DNA of 64,000 nt from Trichoplax adhaerens (taxonomy: Eukaryota; Animalia; Placozoa). The notes beneath the pieces are model-generated. The model saw nothing but the letters and a program-made list of their open reading frames with translations, was not told the DNA's origin and ran no database searches. This document shows, piece by piece, positions 33,975-47,604 of the stretch. Within the stretch, counting starts at the first letter, position 1, and the number at the start of each line of letters is the position of its first letter. The stretch is from positions 138,415 through 202,414 of the forward strand of contig NW_002060966.1 in the NCBI RefSeq assembly GCF_000150275.1, read 5' to 3'. The translations under genes were made by a program, and so were the position numbers.

Positions 33975-35815
33975 GCAGGAGCTAGTTATGGCCGATCTGG
34001 CAACAACGCCCGGGCTAAAATGATCTAGGAGTAGACTTGAGAAGGAGCCATTAGCTCATTTAACTACAATTCTGAGAAGCCAGTCATGGCCGATCATACA
34101 GCAATGTCCAGATTCATAGATGGCATCATAGAAGTGATGAAAATGATCCAGGAGTAGGAGGTTTAGCAACAATTTTGAGGAGCTAGTCATGGCCGATCTG
34201 GCAACAACGCCCGGACTAAAATGATCTAGGAGTAGACCTGAGAAGGAGCCATTAGCTCATTTAACTACAATTCTGAGAAGCCAGTCATGGCTGATCATAT
34301 AGTAATGTCCAGATTCATAGATGGCATCATAGAAGTGATGAAAATGATCCAGGAGTAGGAAGTTTAGCAACAATTTTGAGGAGCTAGTCATGGCCGATCT
34401 GGCAACAACGCCCGGACTAAAATGATCTAGGAGTAGACCTGAGAAGGAGCCATTAGCTCATTTAACTACAATTCTGAGAAGCCAGTCATGGCTGATCATA
34501 TAGTAATGTCCAGATTCATAGATGGCATCATAGAAGTGATGAAAATGATCCAGGAGTAGGAAGTTTAGCAACAATTTTGAGGAGCTAGTCATGGCCGATC
34601 TTGCAACAACGCCCAGACTAAAATGATCTAGGAGTAGACCTGAGAAGGAGCCATTAGCTCATTTAACTACAATTCTGAGAAGCCAGTCTTGGCTGATCTT
34701 GCAACAACGTCCAGATTAATAAATGGCATCTTAGAGGTGATAAGAATGATTTAGCAGTAGACTTGAGAAGGAGGTTTAACAACAATTTTGAGGAGCTAGT
34801 TATGGCCGATCTTGCAACAACGCCCAGACTAAAATGATCCAGGAGTAAACTTGAGAAGGAGCCATTAGCTCGTTTGACTACAATTCTGAGAAGCCAGTCT
34901 TGGCTGATCTTGCAACGACGTCCAGATTAATAGATGGCATCATAGAAGTGATGAAAATGATCCAGGAGTAGGAGGTTTAACAACAATTCTGAGGAGCTAG
35001 TCATGGCCGATCTTGCAACAACGCCCAGACTAAAATGATCCAGGAGTAACCTTGAGAAGGAGCCATTAGCTCGTTTGACTACAATTCTGAGAAGCCAGTC
35101 TTGGCTGATCTTGCAACAACGTCCAGATTAATAGATGGCATCATAGAAGTGATGAAAATGATCCAGGAGTAGGAGGTTTAACAACAAGTCTGAGGAGCTA
35201 GTCATGGCCGATCTTGCAACAACGCCCAGACTAAAATGATCCAGGAGTAGACCTAAGAAGGAGCCATTAGCTCATTTAACTACAATTCTGAGAAGCCAGT
35301 CATGGCCGATCATGCAACAACATCCAGACTAATAGATGGCATCATAGAGGTGATAAGAATGATCCATGGGTAGACTTGAGAAGGAGGTTTAACCACAATA
35401 CTGAGGAGCCAGCCATGGCGATCTTGCAACAACGCCCAGACTAATAGATAACATCATAGAGGTAATGAAAATGATCCAAGAATAGACCTAAGACTTACAG
35501 TAAGTCTACTCCTGAATCGTTTTCCTCCTCTGTAGGATGATATAATTAGTCTGAAAGTTCTTGTTAAGATCGGTCATGTTTCTCGGAAGTGCTGTTAAAT
35601 GAGCCATTGACTCATTCAGTAGCACGTCTGAGAAGCCAGTCATGGCCAATCTTAGAAGTACAGATAACATCAAAGTAGTGATGAAAATGATGCAGGAGTA
35701 GACTTGAAAAAGAGCCATTGGCTCGTTCAACAGCCCTTCTAAGGCAGTCATGGCCGATCTTAGAAGATCGCCCAGCCTAACTTATATCATCCTAGAGGCG
35801 ATGAAAATAATGTAA
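33975..35815. repeat. ~1.8-kb satellite: 201-bp higher-order unit of two related ~100-bp monomers, about 9 copies
   Basis: gagctagtcatggccgatct recurs at 34180, 34381 and 34582. The second monomer begins aagccagtcatggctgatc. The array degenerates toward 35800. Confidence 0.97.
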
Positions 35816-36867
35816 GCACGAGCACGACTAAAAGAGAGACGGACAGCAGATTGAGAAAGTGACTTGAAGAGATCAGGCTTGGCTAGCTGTAATCACTGGT
35901 CAAAGCTTTCTCTTTTCTTTGTTACTAGATTCTGAATAAAGTGATGCAGCTGACTTTGCTCAAGACTATATTACATACTTTTTCTTATCGCAGTTACCTA
36001 CAAAAGGCAAACCCAGATCAAACTCAAAATTGCAATCGCCAATTCCATTATATTTCAGCAAAATTGTAAAATGTCAAACATACATCATGCCTCCTTTAAG
36101 GACATCATGAAATAAATGTATTTCTAGAAGATACCGTCTCTCTGTCGATCAGTAGATGCTGATAAAATTCTAAGATTAACATAAGCATGTACTAATGTAA
36201 CATCAAAGCCAAACATTTATCAATCACTAAAAATCTATCCTGGAACAGCGTAAGGCATCATCATTTTACTCCGGTATACCATAATGTTGTACAGCCTACG
36301 ATCGTATACTACCAATACTACAATTTACTGTTTACATACCAAGCTATAAGATGACTACTATTATACTTTAGATCGTTAAATAGAAATAATTGATGGTACT
36401 CATAACGCCATCATGGTAAGCCAATGTGTATTCCTAATCTAACAATTCACTTTATGCACAATTTCCCATCATCGCATCATCACAAAATAGAATACCATTT
36501 TGAATTTAAACTATAAACGGAGAAAGAGATTTACAATAATGATAATTTCTCCTTTAAAGTCAATTGTCCACAACTTAAATCATACAGTAAAATGGTCAAT
36601 ACTTTGAAAGAACCGACTCTTTCAACATCAACCTATATTTTCGATTGCAACGTGTGACCATCCAATCAATAACGAATACATACTACTAACCAACATTACA
36701 TTAGGCTTATTATAGACAACGACAGTTTAGCAATTCCTTATATCGATCCAATGAAAAGTATTGGTCATATCGTAATTTCTGCGTCTTTCAATTAATCAAA
36801 TTTTAATATGATCTTAAAAATTGTCAATCTGCCACAAAATAATAACTTGAGCGCTCCATAAGCTATA

Positions 36868-39800
36868 TTATATTATATTAAAGTGTTTCTTTAATTCTTT
36901 AACCAAAAGCCAATCGCCTTTTTGCATCTCATCTCTAAAATAATTCTTCAAGACATCGATTGAATCTCGACTAATCTGGTTTGTAAAAAAGTTATGTACA
37001 TTTCAATCATACATTTCATAAATGACATTCTCATACAACTCAAGGTAAAATTATTTAAAAATATACCTTGCTGACAAGTAGATTAGTAGCATCGAAATGG
37101 CGCCCGTATAATTTAGGTGCATCACCACCAATATTTTCGATCTTTATGCAAACTTCCTGACCTTTCTCGCCGCATTCAATCTGTTTATGATTCATTTCTA
37201 CACTTGTAACAACACCAATATCTACGTGCTGTGACATAATAAAAGTAGTCTTACCATTTATTCGCAAACTCATCAAATCCGTAAACACCTTTAAAGTAAG
37301 TAAATATTTGTATACCTCCTTAGTTAACGCTGTCAGTGGTGTACCACTTCGAATGGTACCATCTTCGATGCGCACTCCAACAACGATCGGATCGCGAGTA
37401 TTGAAGATATATTGGGGTGCGATACGCAACTTTGCTGGAAATATTGCAAGATGTTTATGCTGTTCCTTTAATTTTTTTATCGCTTCCTAAATAGTACAAA
37501 CGAAAACCAAATTTTGAATACAGATAAATTTTTGTAGCAATCAAGAACGCCTAGACCATAGTAAATGGGACGTACTCCACATTCAATGTTATTAACAGTT
37601 ATTTATAATAATGTATACTTATACTAATATCATAATCACACTTCCCAACTACTACACCTGTTAAAGGTACTACGACATCCCTCACCTCCCTAAAAGCCAT
37701 AAATTTATCAAATAAATGATAAATAATATCTGCAGAAAAGATTCTGACACCAAGTTTCTTAGCCATGTCGGTAGCATCTTGCTCAATTTTCACATCAAAG
37801 GCTAGGATTACGGCATATCTAAAATGAACGTTGTATTTTCAGAAACTGTTCAGCTTATGCACCTAAGAAAATGAAAACAATTACTTGTTAACATTACGTT
37901 CTCTGGAAACTTACTGAGCATCATGTTCCAGCATTACGGATGCTTTCATAACGTCCTTTTTATGCACAGGACCAACGTTAATACCTGAATACTATTTCCA
38001 TTTAAGAAAAAAAATATATACCAACTTAACTCGTTTCTGCATTGTATCATGCATAATAAAAATCACTCATTTCTTGAATTATTGCGAACATACAGGAATT
38101 TTTGACGTTTTCAAAAATTCTATTAAAGCTTCTAACGAGCCAAGAGTCGAAGCTTGTACATAGACACCACGATCCGATAATTTAATAGAATTTAAGGATT
38201 CTGCCAATCTTGCGCTAACTTCTTCTTTTAGTATATCCACTTCATCTGGTTTCTTTGCAACAAGTACTGATGTACCAGCCAAGATTTTATCAAGATCTTT
38301 TCCGATAATTTTAATGCCTTCTGCTGCTTCAATTTCGCTATGTTGTATATATTGACTCTACAAAACAATGACAATCGCCAGCATATAAAATTTATTTACT
38401 GTACAATACGCGTATAATATGTGGCTAACGATACTATTATTACCAACCTTGACGCGAATTTCTTTCAGCGGCGGTGTTGTTAATAAAGCACGGGCTTGTG
38501 TTACAACAGGACCATCAAAACTGCTAAAGACTAACGTATCTCCTTCTCTCAATTTTCCGTTAGTTAGTACAACATCTACAGTAGTTCCAAGGCCAGGTAA
38601 GGCTTTTACCTAATAAAACAGATATTAGCTTATAACTTGCACCTCTATTGGAAATAGGTAGAGAAATATTCACATCTTTTAAACGATACTACCTCCATAA
38701 CGCTACATTCGATTTCATTAGAATAAGAGAGTCTTGTTGTTAACATTGTCTGGCTCAACTTTACAATCAGGGCAATCAAATCTCCCATACCATCACCAGT
38801 TATTGCTGAAGTTGGTACAAGTGATACAAATTTTCGTGGATCTTGATTTTCGTGAAATAACGCAGCATTTAAACCCTACAGTAAAATTTTCAAAGGGCGT
38901 TAACATTTACGAGCTAAATTTAATTGTGTAATTCATAATTACTGACTTGCTCAGCCAGTGCAGTGATAGCAATTCTACAACGGTCATCAAATTCAAGTTT
39001 AACATTCCGCTTTTGTTTCTTCAACGCATCAGCAACACTCGTATGAGGAGCTTTCTTCCATTCAAATAATCTATCAACCTAATATTGAAGCAATAAACCC
39101 TCAATGTGTGAACATTTCGTCACATTTACATAGCTATAGATGAAATCTAAAAAAATTTAAACCTTATTTAAGGCAACAATAAATGGGGTTTTTCTCTTTT
39201 TTAACAGATTAATCGATTCTATCGTTTGAGGTTCCAAGCCATGCATGAGATCAATTACCAAGATAGCAATATCACACAAGGATGAACCACGATTACGAAG
39301 ATTACTAAACGTTGAGAACTGCTCATTAATACTTTGAGAAAGCAAACACAGTAATCTAGACCAATCAACTATGCAGGTATCAGGCAAAAAAATACGATAC
39401 CTGAAAGATTCATGTCCTGGAGTGTCAATAATTAATAATCCCGGTAATTTTAAATCAAATGTAGCAAACTAGTTCAAAAATTAAATTTAAGAATGACAAT
39501 CCGTAAGTTATATGGTACAAACATTTATCCGTAAATTAATACATTTGTATGGATATTCATTAGTATTGTTATTATTCAAACGCAGGCAGCATCTAAATAT
39601 TTGAAAAGTACCTCCTTAATATTTTTGGTTTGCTCCCTTATAGCTTCGACTGGCACCTTCGTTGCACCGATTTGCTGTGTAATTCCACCAGCCTCTCCAT
39701 CTTGTACATGAGTCCGCCTTATCTTATCAAGAATCTTTGTTTTACCCGTATCCACATGTCCAAGAACACAAATAACAGGGGCTCGTAATTTATTAGGGTC

Positions 39801-42800
39801 GCGGTTTTCTTCATTTTTCCGCCTACGCTCCTATCAAGATTTTGATAAAGTATTTCTTTCAATTAAAAACTACATAAAATAAACTTGAACAGCTGTAACA
39901 TCATCTTTATTTAAATTTTTCTCATTACTTGTATCCTATTTAAAGCTCTTTCACGCCGACCCTCAGCAGTAGTTGTGTCATTATCGCTATCGCTAGAACT
40001 TGATTCAGAAGATGATTCTTCTTCGTCAGATTCCTCCTCGCTTTCCGATTCTGCTACAGGTGATTGAACGTCAGGAGCCTTTCCAGCTTCTTGAGGTATT
40101 GCTTCGTCGACCTTAGCTTCTAAATGTATTTATATAATCTTGATATAATTTTGCAGATCCAGAAATTAATACCCAATTAAATATTTAATATACCCGTATC
40201 ATCTTTATCATCAACTTTCTCAAAATCCAATTTATCCCATGATTCAGCAGTTGCATTGTCATCTTGAGCAATTTCTTCTTTGATTCCTTTTAAAGAGGCA
40301 ATAACGGTTAAGCTTATATAAAGTTATATAATAACAAGTCGACAAACTTTAACCGTGGATAATTATCAAAGAAACAGTTAATTTTAGCTTTATGCTTGAT
40401 TACTTATTACCTTCAATAGCTACTGACTCTTGCCTTTCTTTCATTACACTAGCACTTTCCTTTACAGATGCATCAGTTTGTTCTTGCGCTGACTGAGCAT
40501 TATTTTGATTCGATTTCTTCTTCTTGCCATACACAACCCGTTTTTTAGGTTTTTCCTCATCCGCTTCCAGACCGGTATCTGGGACACTAAAACCTTGCTG
40601 TCTCATACTTTCCAAGCGAGCTTCAATTCTTGCTTTTTCTTGTTTTTGAGCTTTTGTCAATAATTTACCTTCTTTTTTGAGCCTTTCTTTACGTTCCTAT
40701 TGAATCCAATAATGTAGGTTACTTAAATGCAAGAAGCTGTTTGATACCTATCAATTCTATTTCTTAGGCTATTTAACATTGCTTCGAAAATAAAACGGTA
40801 ACCTTTTCCTTTTGCTTCTTCCGCTCACGTTTCTCTTCCTCTAAACGTTTTTTTTCTAATCGAAGACGTTCTGCTTCTTCTTCCTTTCTTATTCTTTCTT
40901 CTTCCGCTGCTTTCATCGATTCTTCTTGAAGTCTTCTTTGTTCCAATGCTTCTTGCATTAGTTTAATTTTTGCTTTAGTAGGCTTTTTTGTTTTCGAGGC
41001 GTCGTCTTTTTCACCCTTCTTCTTCTTTTTTCTTTTCTTTTTCTTCTTACCTTCACCATCGCTTTCATCCTCTGATCCTGAAGAAGCTTTTTCTGCTGGT
41101 GGCTGTTCTTCTTTCTTTCCGGTTTCAGGCTTACCTGAGCATCAATTTATAACACAGCCATCTTACACAAGACCATCATTAACAAATCAACAAAATTATC
41201 ATTTTCGGTGTTAAACAGCTACGTACCATGAGTTGGCTGTTCCGTAGTTGCATCAGCAGAAACTTCAGCTTTCTCATTACTTTCTGAGGCTTTAGACTCA
41301 GTTACCTTACCTACGGTATAAACATAAAATTAGCATGAATTCTATGTTAACGATCATAGTCGGTGCCATAATGTATTTCAAAAAATGCAAGCGACCTTTC
41401 GGTTTCTGTTTTTGCTGTTTTTCTTTATCAGCTAACTTCTTAAGCCTTTCTCTCTCTTTCTTTTCTGCTTTCTTTTGAGCAGCAGATTTTATTACTACGC
41501 CTTCATCATTGTCCGTCTTGGTGGTTTCTTTGACCTATGAAACAATGCATATTTTACCGTGGATGGAATTAGGCATAATCTAATAAGACGATTTCTAACG
41601 CAATACAGATCAGATTAGCAAATAGAAGACATTAAGAAAATGTTGACAAACCTTTTCTGTTGTTTCTGTTTCAATATTTTCATCATTAACTTCTCTATTA
41701 AGTTATAAATATGTAGCATAAAGTAGTCGCATTTATATCAATAATTTTAAATAAAATTGAGCATCCGTACCTCGTCGGTTTTTCTTCAACGCTAGCTGTG
41801 TCAGTAGCAATGCCCATTTCCTTCTTTATTTCCTCCAAATCATCATCACTATAATGCGAAAAAATTGTTAATTTTATTTGATAAGCTAAAAAAGGTAAGG
41901 TATTTATCATGTATAATATTACAGTATTTATGCGTATAGAAGAAAATTTTTCATAGTGTTCAACAGGCAAATCAGCAGGCGCTTTATATTTTAGTTATTA
42001 CTAACAGATTCAGCAATAGCGCAATTTAATATGCGACACGATCATTTATAACGATATAGCAACCCGTTAGCAGGTAAATAGCCACGCCTAATATTAATTT
42101 TAGGCATGCGATTACTACTATGTGTCATTTTCTGATCAAATACTGTAACATTCATTATTACGCTGTATCGTTAAAGTACGACATACTAATCGTCTATTTC
42201 TTTCTTTTTCTTGTTTTTCTTACTGCGACCTTTCGATTTCTTACTAGCTGCCGCCTTTTCATCTTCTAAATCCATCTCTTTTATTAAGTCTGCCAGATCG
42301 TCTTCATCGCTAAAAGTGATTGAATAGCAACGATAGTTGTGCAATATCTTTAGACAAATTGCAGACAGCACTAATATAATCAACAAAATACGTAACATTA
42401 CAGTATTTCTCCATGTGTCTTTCCTTTCTTCTTCGATTGAGTCTTGGGCTGAGCTTCGCTTTCAGGCTCTTCTTCATCCCTATGAAAATTGTATATCAAA
42501 ATAAAATTTAGACATGGACTACTTATGGCGTTAAGCCTACATCAGTATCGACTTTTAAATGGGGATAAATAACATTAATGTATGAAATATAGCTAATGAA
42601 TAAAAATGCTACCATTTTTGTTTCGTTTTCTTTCCCTTCGACTTGGCTCCTTTCTTTCCAGGATTTTGATTTTGACTGGCATCATCTGCTTCCGCATCAG
42701 CTTTATCATCACTAAATACGAAGTCAACAGTATCAGTACATATCTAAGTTGAATATAATAATGGCTTCTATACAGTCAGTATGGTAACTGCATCACGTAT

Positions 42801-45115
42801 AAGTATAAGTCATTCAAGACAGTATCCAGCATTGCTACCATCATACTGTTTCTAATTATTAATTGGCTTACTTAGGGTTTAAATCTTTGCCACGGCCTTT
42901 GTCGTTTTGGGGGGTTTCAACTTCCATTGGTAACTCATCATCACTGCAATAAGGTCATAATTAAAAACATGATAAGAAGGATTCAAAATTAGCAGCATGT
43001 AGCAAAGGATTCATCTACAGCCTCTTATTGTAATGTTCATTCGATTTAAGTAAGTTCAATGCTAATAGCCGTTGAATTGATCCTTGCTCAATGGAGAGTC
43101 TAATAGACTGACAGTAAGCTGTCATAGCACTTACGAATATTCCTGGCCCTTCTTCTTACGACCCTTCTTATCATTTCTTTTAGCCACTGGAGCAGCAGCT
43201 AAACCTTCCTCATCGATATCGATAGTATTTTCAACATCAGCACCTTTAGGCCTATGGTGCAAGTCATCGATACGATATTAAAAAATTAGCTATAATTTGG
43301 ACTGGTGTACAACAGAATTAGTACATAATATCAGAGGCAATGTAAAAATACGATGGGCTAATTTCTAGAGAAAAGTATTTAGTAAGCAAACAACTACAAC
43401 AGAAATAGTGCATAATATCAGAGGCAATGTAAAAATGCTACGGGCTAATTTCTAGAGAAAAGCATTTAGTAAGCAAACAACTGCATAATACAACAATTAG
43501 TTAGTTACAATACAAAATAGAATATTTTAAATGTATATGTACTTTCATGACCATAAATTAAGTGATAAATCACAACTTCTCATGATAACGGAAGCAACTA
43601 TTCTATTATTCAAAGTGAATTAATAGAGTAAGGAATGTATTGAAGTGTAGCCTAATGTCGCTGATGTTGATGACAAAGTTTTAATATCTCATTGATGTCA
43701 TACCAAATCCCATTTCAATTTTCTACCTCCATGTCCAAAATTATCGTTTTAAGAATCAATTTACTCTCCAGAAACCATCATCGATGACAGTTTCAACATC
43801 TTGTTCTTGCTACATGAAACCGCATTTCAGTTTCCATTTTTATTAATTATTGATTACTATCATTAAAGAATTAATTTTCTATCCTGAAATTGGCATCGTT
43901 TCCAAACTATCATAGAGTAGTCATTGCCCAAATCTTATTTCTGTTTCTACCTCTATCCCTGAATTATGTATATCATGAATACATGAATCTATTTTCTATC
44001 AGGAAACTATCATCGATGATGTTTTCAAGCTACCGAAGAGTAGAGAAGTCATTGAAGAATCCAACCTAGTTTGTCTTTTTAGTATCTTTACTGCACGATT
44101 TTGATCAGTGTATGAGTAACTAAGTATAGCTTAACTTTAGTCATGCTGATGATAAGCTTTAACATCTCATTCATCCAATATAAAATTCCATTTCACTTTC
44201 TACTTTTATGACCGATCAGTATCATTCAAGAATCCATTTTCTATCGTCAACCTGTCATCGTTTCCAAATTACCGTACCATAGTTATATAGAATCGAACAT
44301 GGCATCTCAATACCTATACTACATGTTTGTTGGATCTGTCTATGAGAAATTTAGCACTTCTTCCTGTCACTTATGTTGCTAATAAAACTTGAATATCTTA
44401 TTTACGCCATATCAACGCTATTTGAGATTCTACCTTTATCCTTCCATTCAATCCTCAATCAATCCATTTTCTATCCTGAAATCATCATTGATGATGTTAT
44501 CAACCTACTGAAGAGCAAAGTAGTCACTACACAATCCAATAAAGCCTATTAAGTATCTTTACTACGCATTTTGGATGGGTTCCATCGCGATTTAATACGA
44601 GTATAGCCAAGTTGTAGTCATGTCGATGATTGACTTCAATATCTCGTCTTTGCCCCTACCAAGCCCATTTCAATTTCTACCTCGATCCTGATTGGTATCA
44701 CTAAAGAATCCTTTTCCCATCCTTGAATCATCATGTATGAAGATTCCAAGCTCGAATTATACACACTATTCATTACAGAATTAGCAAAGACAACATGATA
44801 TTGATGACTACCACTCCTCCATGGATTTTTCACCCAAATAAGAATATTCCTCGACATTTGTAATCCTCGATTGCATTGCGATCATGCACGTCGCTATAAT
44901 GCAATCAGACTAGCTTCCATAGGATCAAGCCCATATCCTCCATCATGGTATTGTCATTGAAGGGAAGAAATTGAGTAGAAAATGGCGATAGAACATGGAT
45001 GATGGATGCAATGAAACATACTCATCCTGTTGACTATTGAAAATGAATTGCTTTAGGGATCATTTTCTACTTACTGCTCAGCTGATTTTTTCTTGTCCTT
45101 CTTAGATTTAGCCAT
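36868..45115 (-). CDS. EIF5B: Eukaryotic translation initiation factor 5B (IF2 homolog), many exons
   Basis: ATG at 45115 (MAKSKKDKK; exon 1 is 45075-45115), then a charged N-terminal tail. G-domain motifs: [77 protein letters not shown]. Later exons give [24 protein letters not shown] and GQEVCIKIE. It ends [35 protein letters not shown], stop at 36870-36868. Confidence 0.96.
43309..43483. repeat. Two-copy ~87-bp tandem duplication in eIF5B intron 1
   Basis: acaacagaa.tagt.cataatatcagaggcaatgtaaaaat..gggctaatttctagagaaaag.atttagtaagcaaacaact occurs twice. Confidence 0.9.
43640..44750. repeat. Old degenerate tandem array (~240-bp subunits, ~480-bp higher order) in eIF5B intron 1
   Basis: ccatttca.tttctacct at ~43710, 43940, 44190, 44425 and 44665; agt.tagc..a..gt.gtcatg..gatga..a.....aatatctc at ~43645, 44123 and 44600. 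Confidence 0.75.
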
Positions 45116-47392
45116 AATCTCTTGACAATAATTCAATCCTCTATCCACTTAACATCAATGTACCAAGACTAATAGTAATGATCCTTTCACTCCAGTGCTA
45201 CTAATACACAGTTAAGATGGATAACTTGCAAGTTGAATAAGCAATTAATGGCCAAATGGAGCAAATTGAGCAAGATGAGCAAGATTGGAAGAGGTTAATG
45301 GATGCCAAGTTCCACTACCACGTTGGAATTGGCGTTTTGACCAGTGGCCACCGACACCAAGCTATACTGTAGCCTAGAGTGTAGAGTCGTTACCCAGTCA
45401 GTAGAGTATCGAGGGTTCAATGAGTCATGGTGGGGTTAGGTGGGGTGTTGTAGGGTTTAGTCTACTGTATGATACCGTCGTTCCATAATATAGAGATAGT
45501 ATGGGATTACAGTCGGCACACCCAAGCAACTATCGACTATCTTGGAAGTTTGCCGGGTGGAGTCATGCGTTTCCGAATCATACGCTATAGTAATCAAGGA
45601 ATAATCAACTCTTGATTGATACATCCTATAGCAAGAACCCAGTTGGCCCACATGGGAATACTGAGTTTGCGCAACCGGTACGCAACCAGGCCCTGGGAGA
45701 ACCTTCAGTCTATCCGTCGTCTCCGCCTAAGATCCATTTGGCATCTTCTAGTATTTGCCAGACTTGTTCAAGTTGACAATATATATGTTATATATCCAAA
45801 TTCGAGTTTCAAAACTTTATTTACTACTTCCTTTGGCATAATTGTATGTATTAACATTTCCAGAAGGTTTTTGATCAGTATCGAAAAAACCTTTACTGAA
45901 AGAGTCTAGGAATAATTAATTAATTGTCTAGAACTCGTGGTATATTGACAAAGCAAGTACTGCTCAAATAGCTACTGAATCAGGCTATATTCTATTTAAT
46001 GTTTGTGCAAACAGCTATGTCTTTGAGATACACAGTTATAGCCTTGATATTCTTGGGATTTCTTTGGACAATCCTGAGGAAAATGCAAGCCGTTCCTTAG
46101 GAAAGGCCAGCCAATCTACGCTAGTGGTAATACATTTGTTGCCTCTCTCCGTCCAAGGGCTGAACTTTAATGTCCCAGTCAACCTATTTCTTCTAAGTAT
46201 AGCAATTATCATTAGTCTGTACTGCTCATTGCAAGATCAAGCAATATCTTTATTCGATATATAATTGATTACTGCAACGAAATGGCTGGAATTGACTTCG
46301 ACATTCCTTAAGATTCAAAGGATTGACCGTAGCAATAGCGTAACGAATTATCGTTCTGGATGAATTCGAGAGAAACGACTAGCCTATATCGTATTCAGCT
46401 CTATCTTAGAAGACTTGACTGTGGCGGATTCATTTCGTTAAGTAATCATGACCATGCTGCTCTATACGAGCTATCCTAAGATATACAGATAGTGACATGC
46501 TACAATTTCTTTTACAATTCATGCTACAATTCAGGTATGGACAGTCTAGGAGCAATAATAACCGTGCTGCACTGCGCTATCATAAAATAAAATGATTAAT
46601 CTCGCTCCGCTTAATCCAAAATCGCTTCCGTTTAGAGCTGCGACTGCATACAGTATATCTGAATACTTCAATGATATGTCAAGCATTGCCTCGTAAATAA
46701 GATACAACAATAATATAATCTAATTGCATATCAAATGGCAATGTGTACAGTATATCATTTCCATACCTATATACATCGCTATAACGTTCAATCGTTAACT
46801 AGGTATGAGCAATGATTATGATTATGGTCAATAAAATCCATTTTATCCATAAATAAATCAAGATAAAAATACAACCATGTTTCATATCAGATCGAAATTC
46901 GATAACGCGTATAGTTAGCATCTATAAAATTTCAAGTGCCGTGCAAATTAGAAAGGCTAACCTATTCCTTTTCATTCATGCTGTCTTGCTTAGCAAAAGC
47001 TAAAATTCCCATCCTCTTTAGCGGGCAACGTAGGGCAATATTTTGAGTTATTGCTTCCTGTACGTTATCCATCGGGTAAGCGTGGCCACTGCTACAGTCT
47101 CATTAAAACTTATTCGTGGAAAGGCTTACGGTAGTTAAGAAATGCTTATGGAGCACATTAATCTCCACTGGATCAAGTATGGAGGAGGTTGCACTTAGTT
47201 CGGGCACCATATGCATCATATAGTAATGATGATTTGCCCAAATAGAATTATCGAACGTGTGTTACAGATTTGCAGGATACAGCATGATATAATATTATAT
47301 TCTAACAATCCGAATAGGTAAGCATTGCCAGTGGACAAACTACAGTCGCATTAAAGCTTATTCTTACAATGCTTAGCCAAGAGTTGTTAGTG

Positions 47393-47482
47393 AGAACTAC
47401 AACCTGTAGGGATGCAATAGGTAGAACTACAATCTGTAGGGATGCAATAGGTAGAACTACAATCTGTAGGGATGCAATAGGT
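47393..47482. repeat. 30-bp minisatellite, 3 copies
   Basis: agaactacaatctgtagggatgcaataggt at 47393, 47423 and 47453. Confidence 0.95.
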
Positions 47483-47604
47483 CATAGTTGGATGTTCATA
47501 ACTGTACAACCCTTGCATCGTTATAAGTGCAAGGCCAATGATGTTGAGTTACAATCGCCAACGCGATGGCATAATCATAGGCTCAGTGCTCGTGAAGAAG
47601 TGCA

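Noticed and set aside
33975-35815. 201-bp period is divisible by 3, so a repeat protein was considered
   Set aside because: Stops recur within the unit in the frames checked, and the ORF track shows no ORF through the array.
43640-44750. Frequent TGATGA words in eIF5B intron 1 as possible C/D snoRNAs
   Set aside because: Most lie on the strand opposite to the host gene, belong to a degenerate tandem repeat, and lack a convincing D box and terminal stem.
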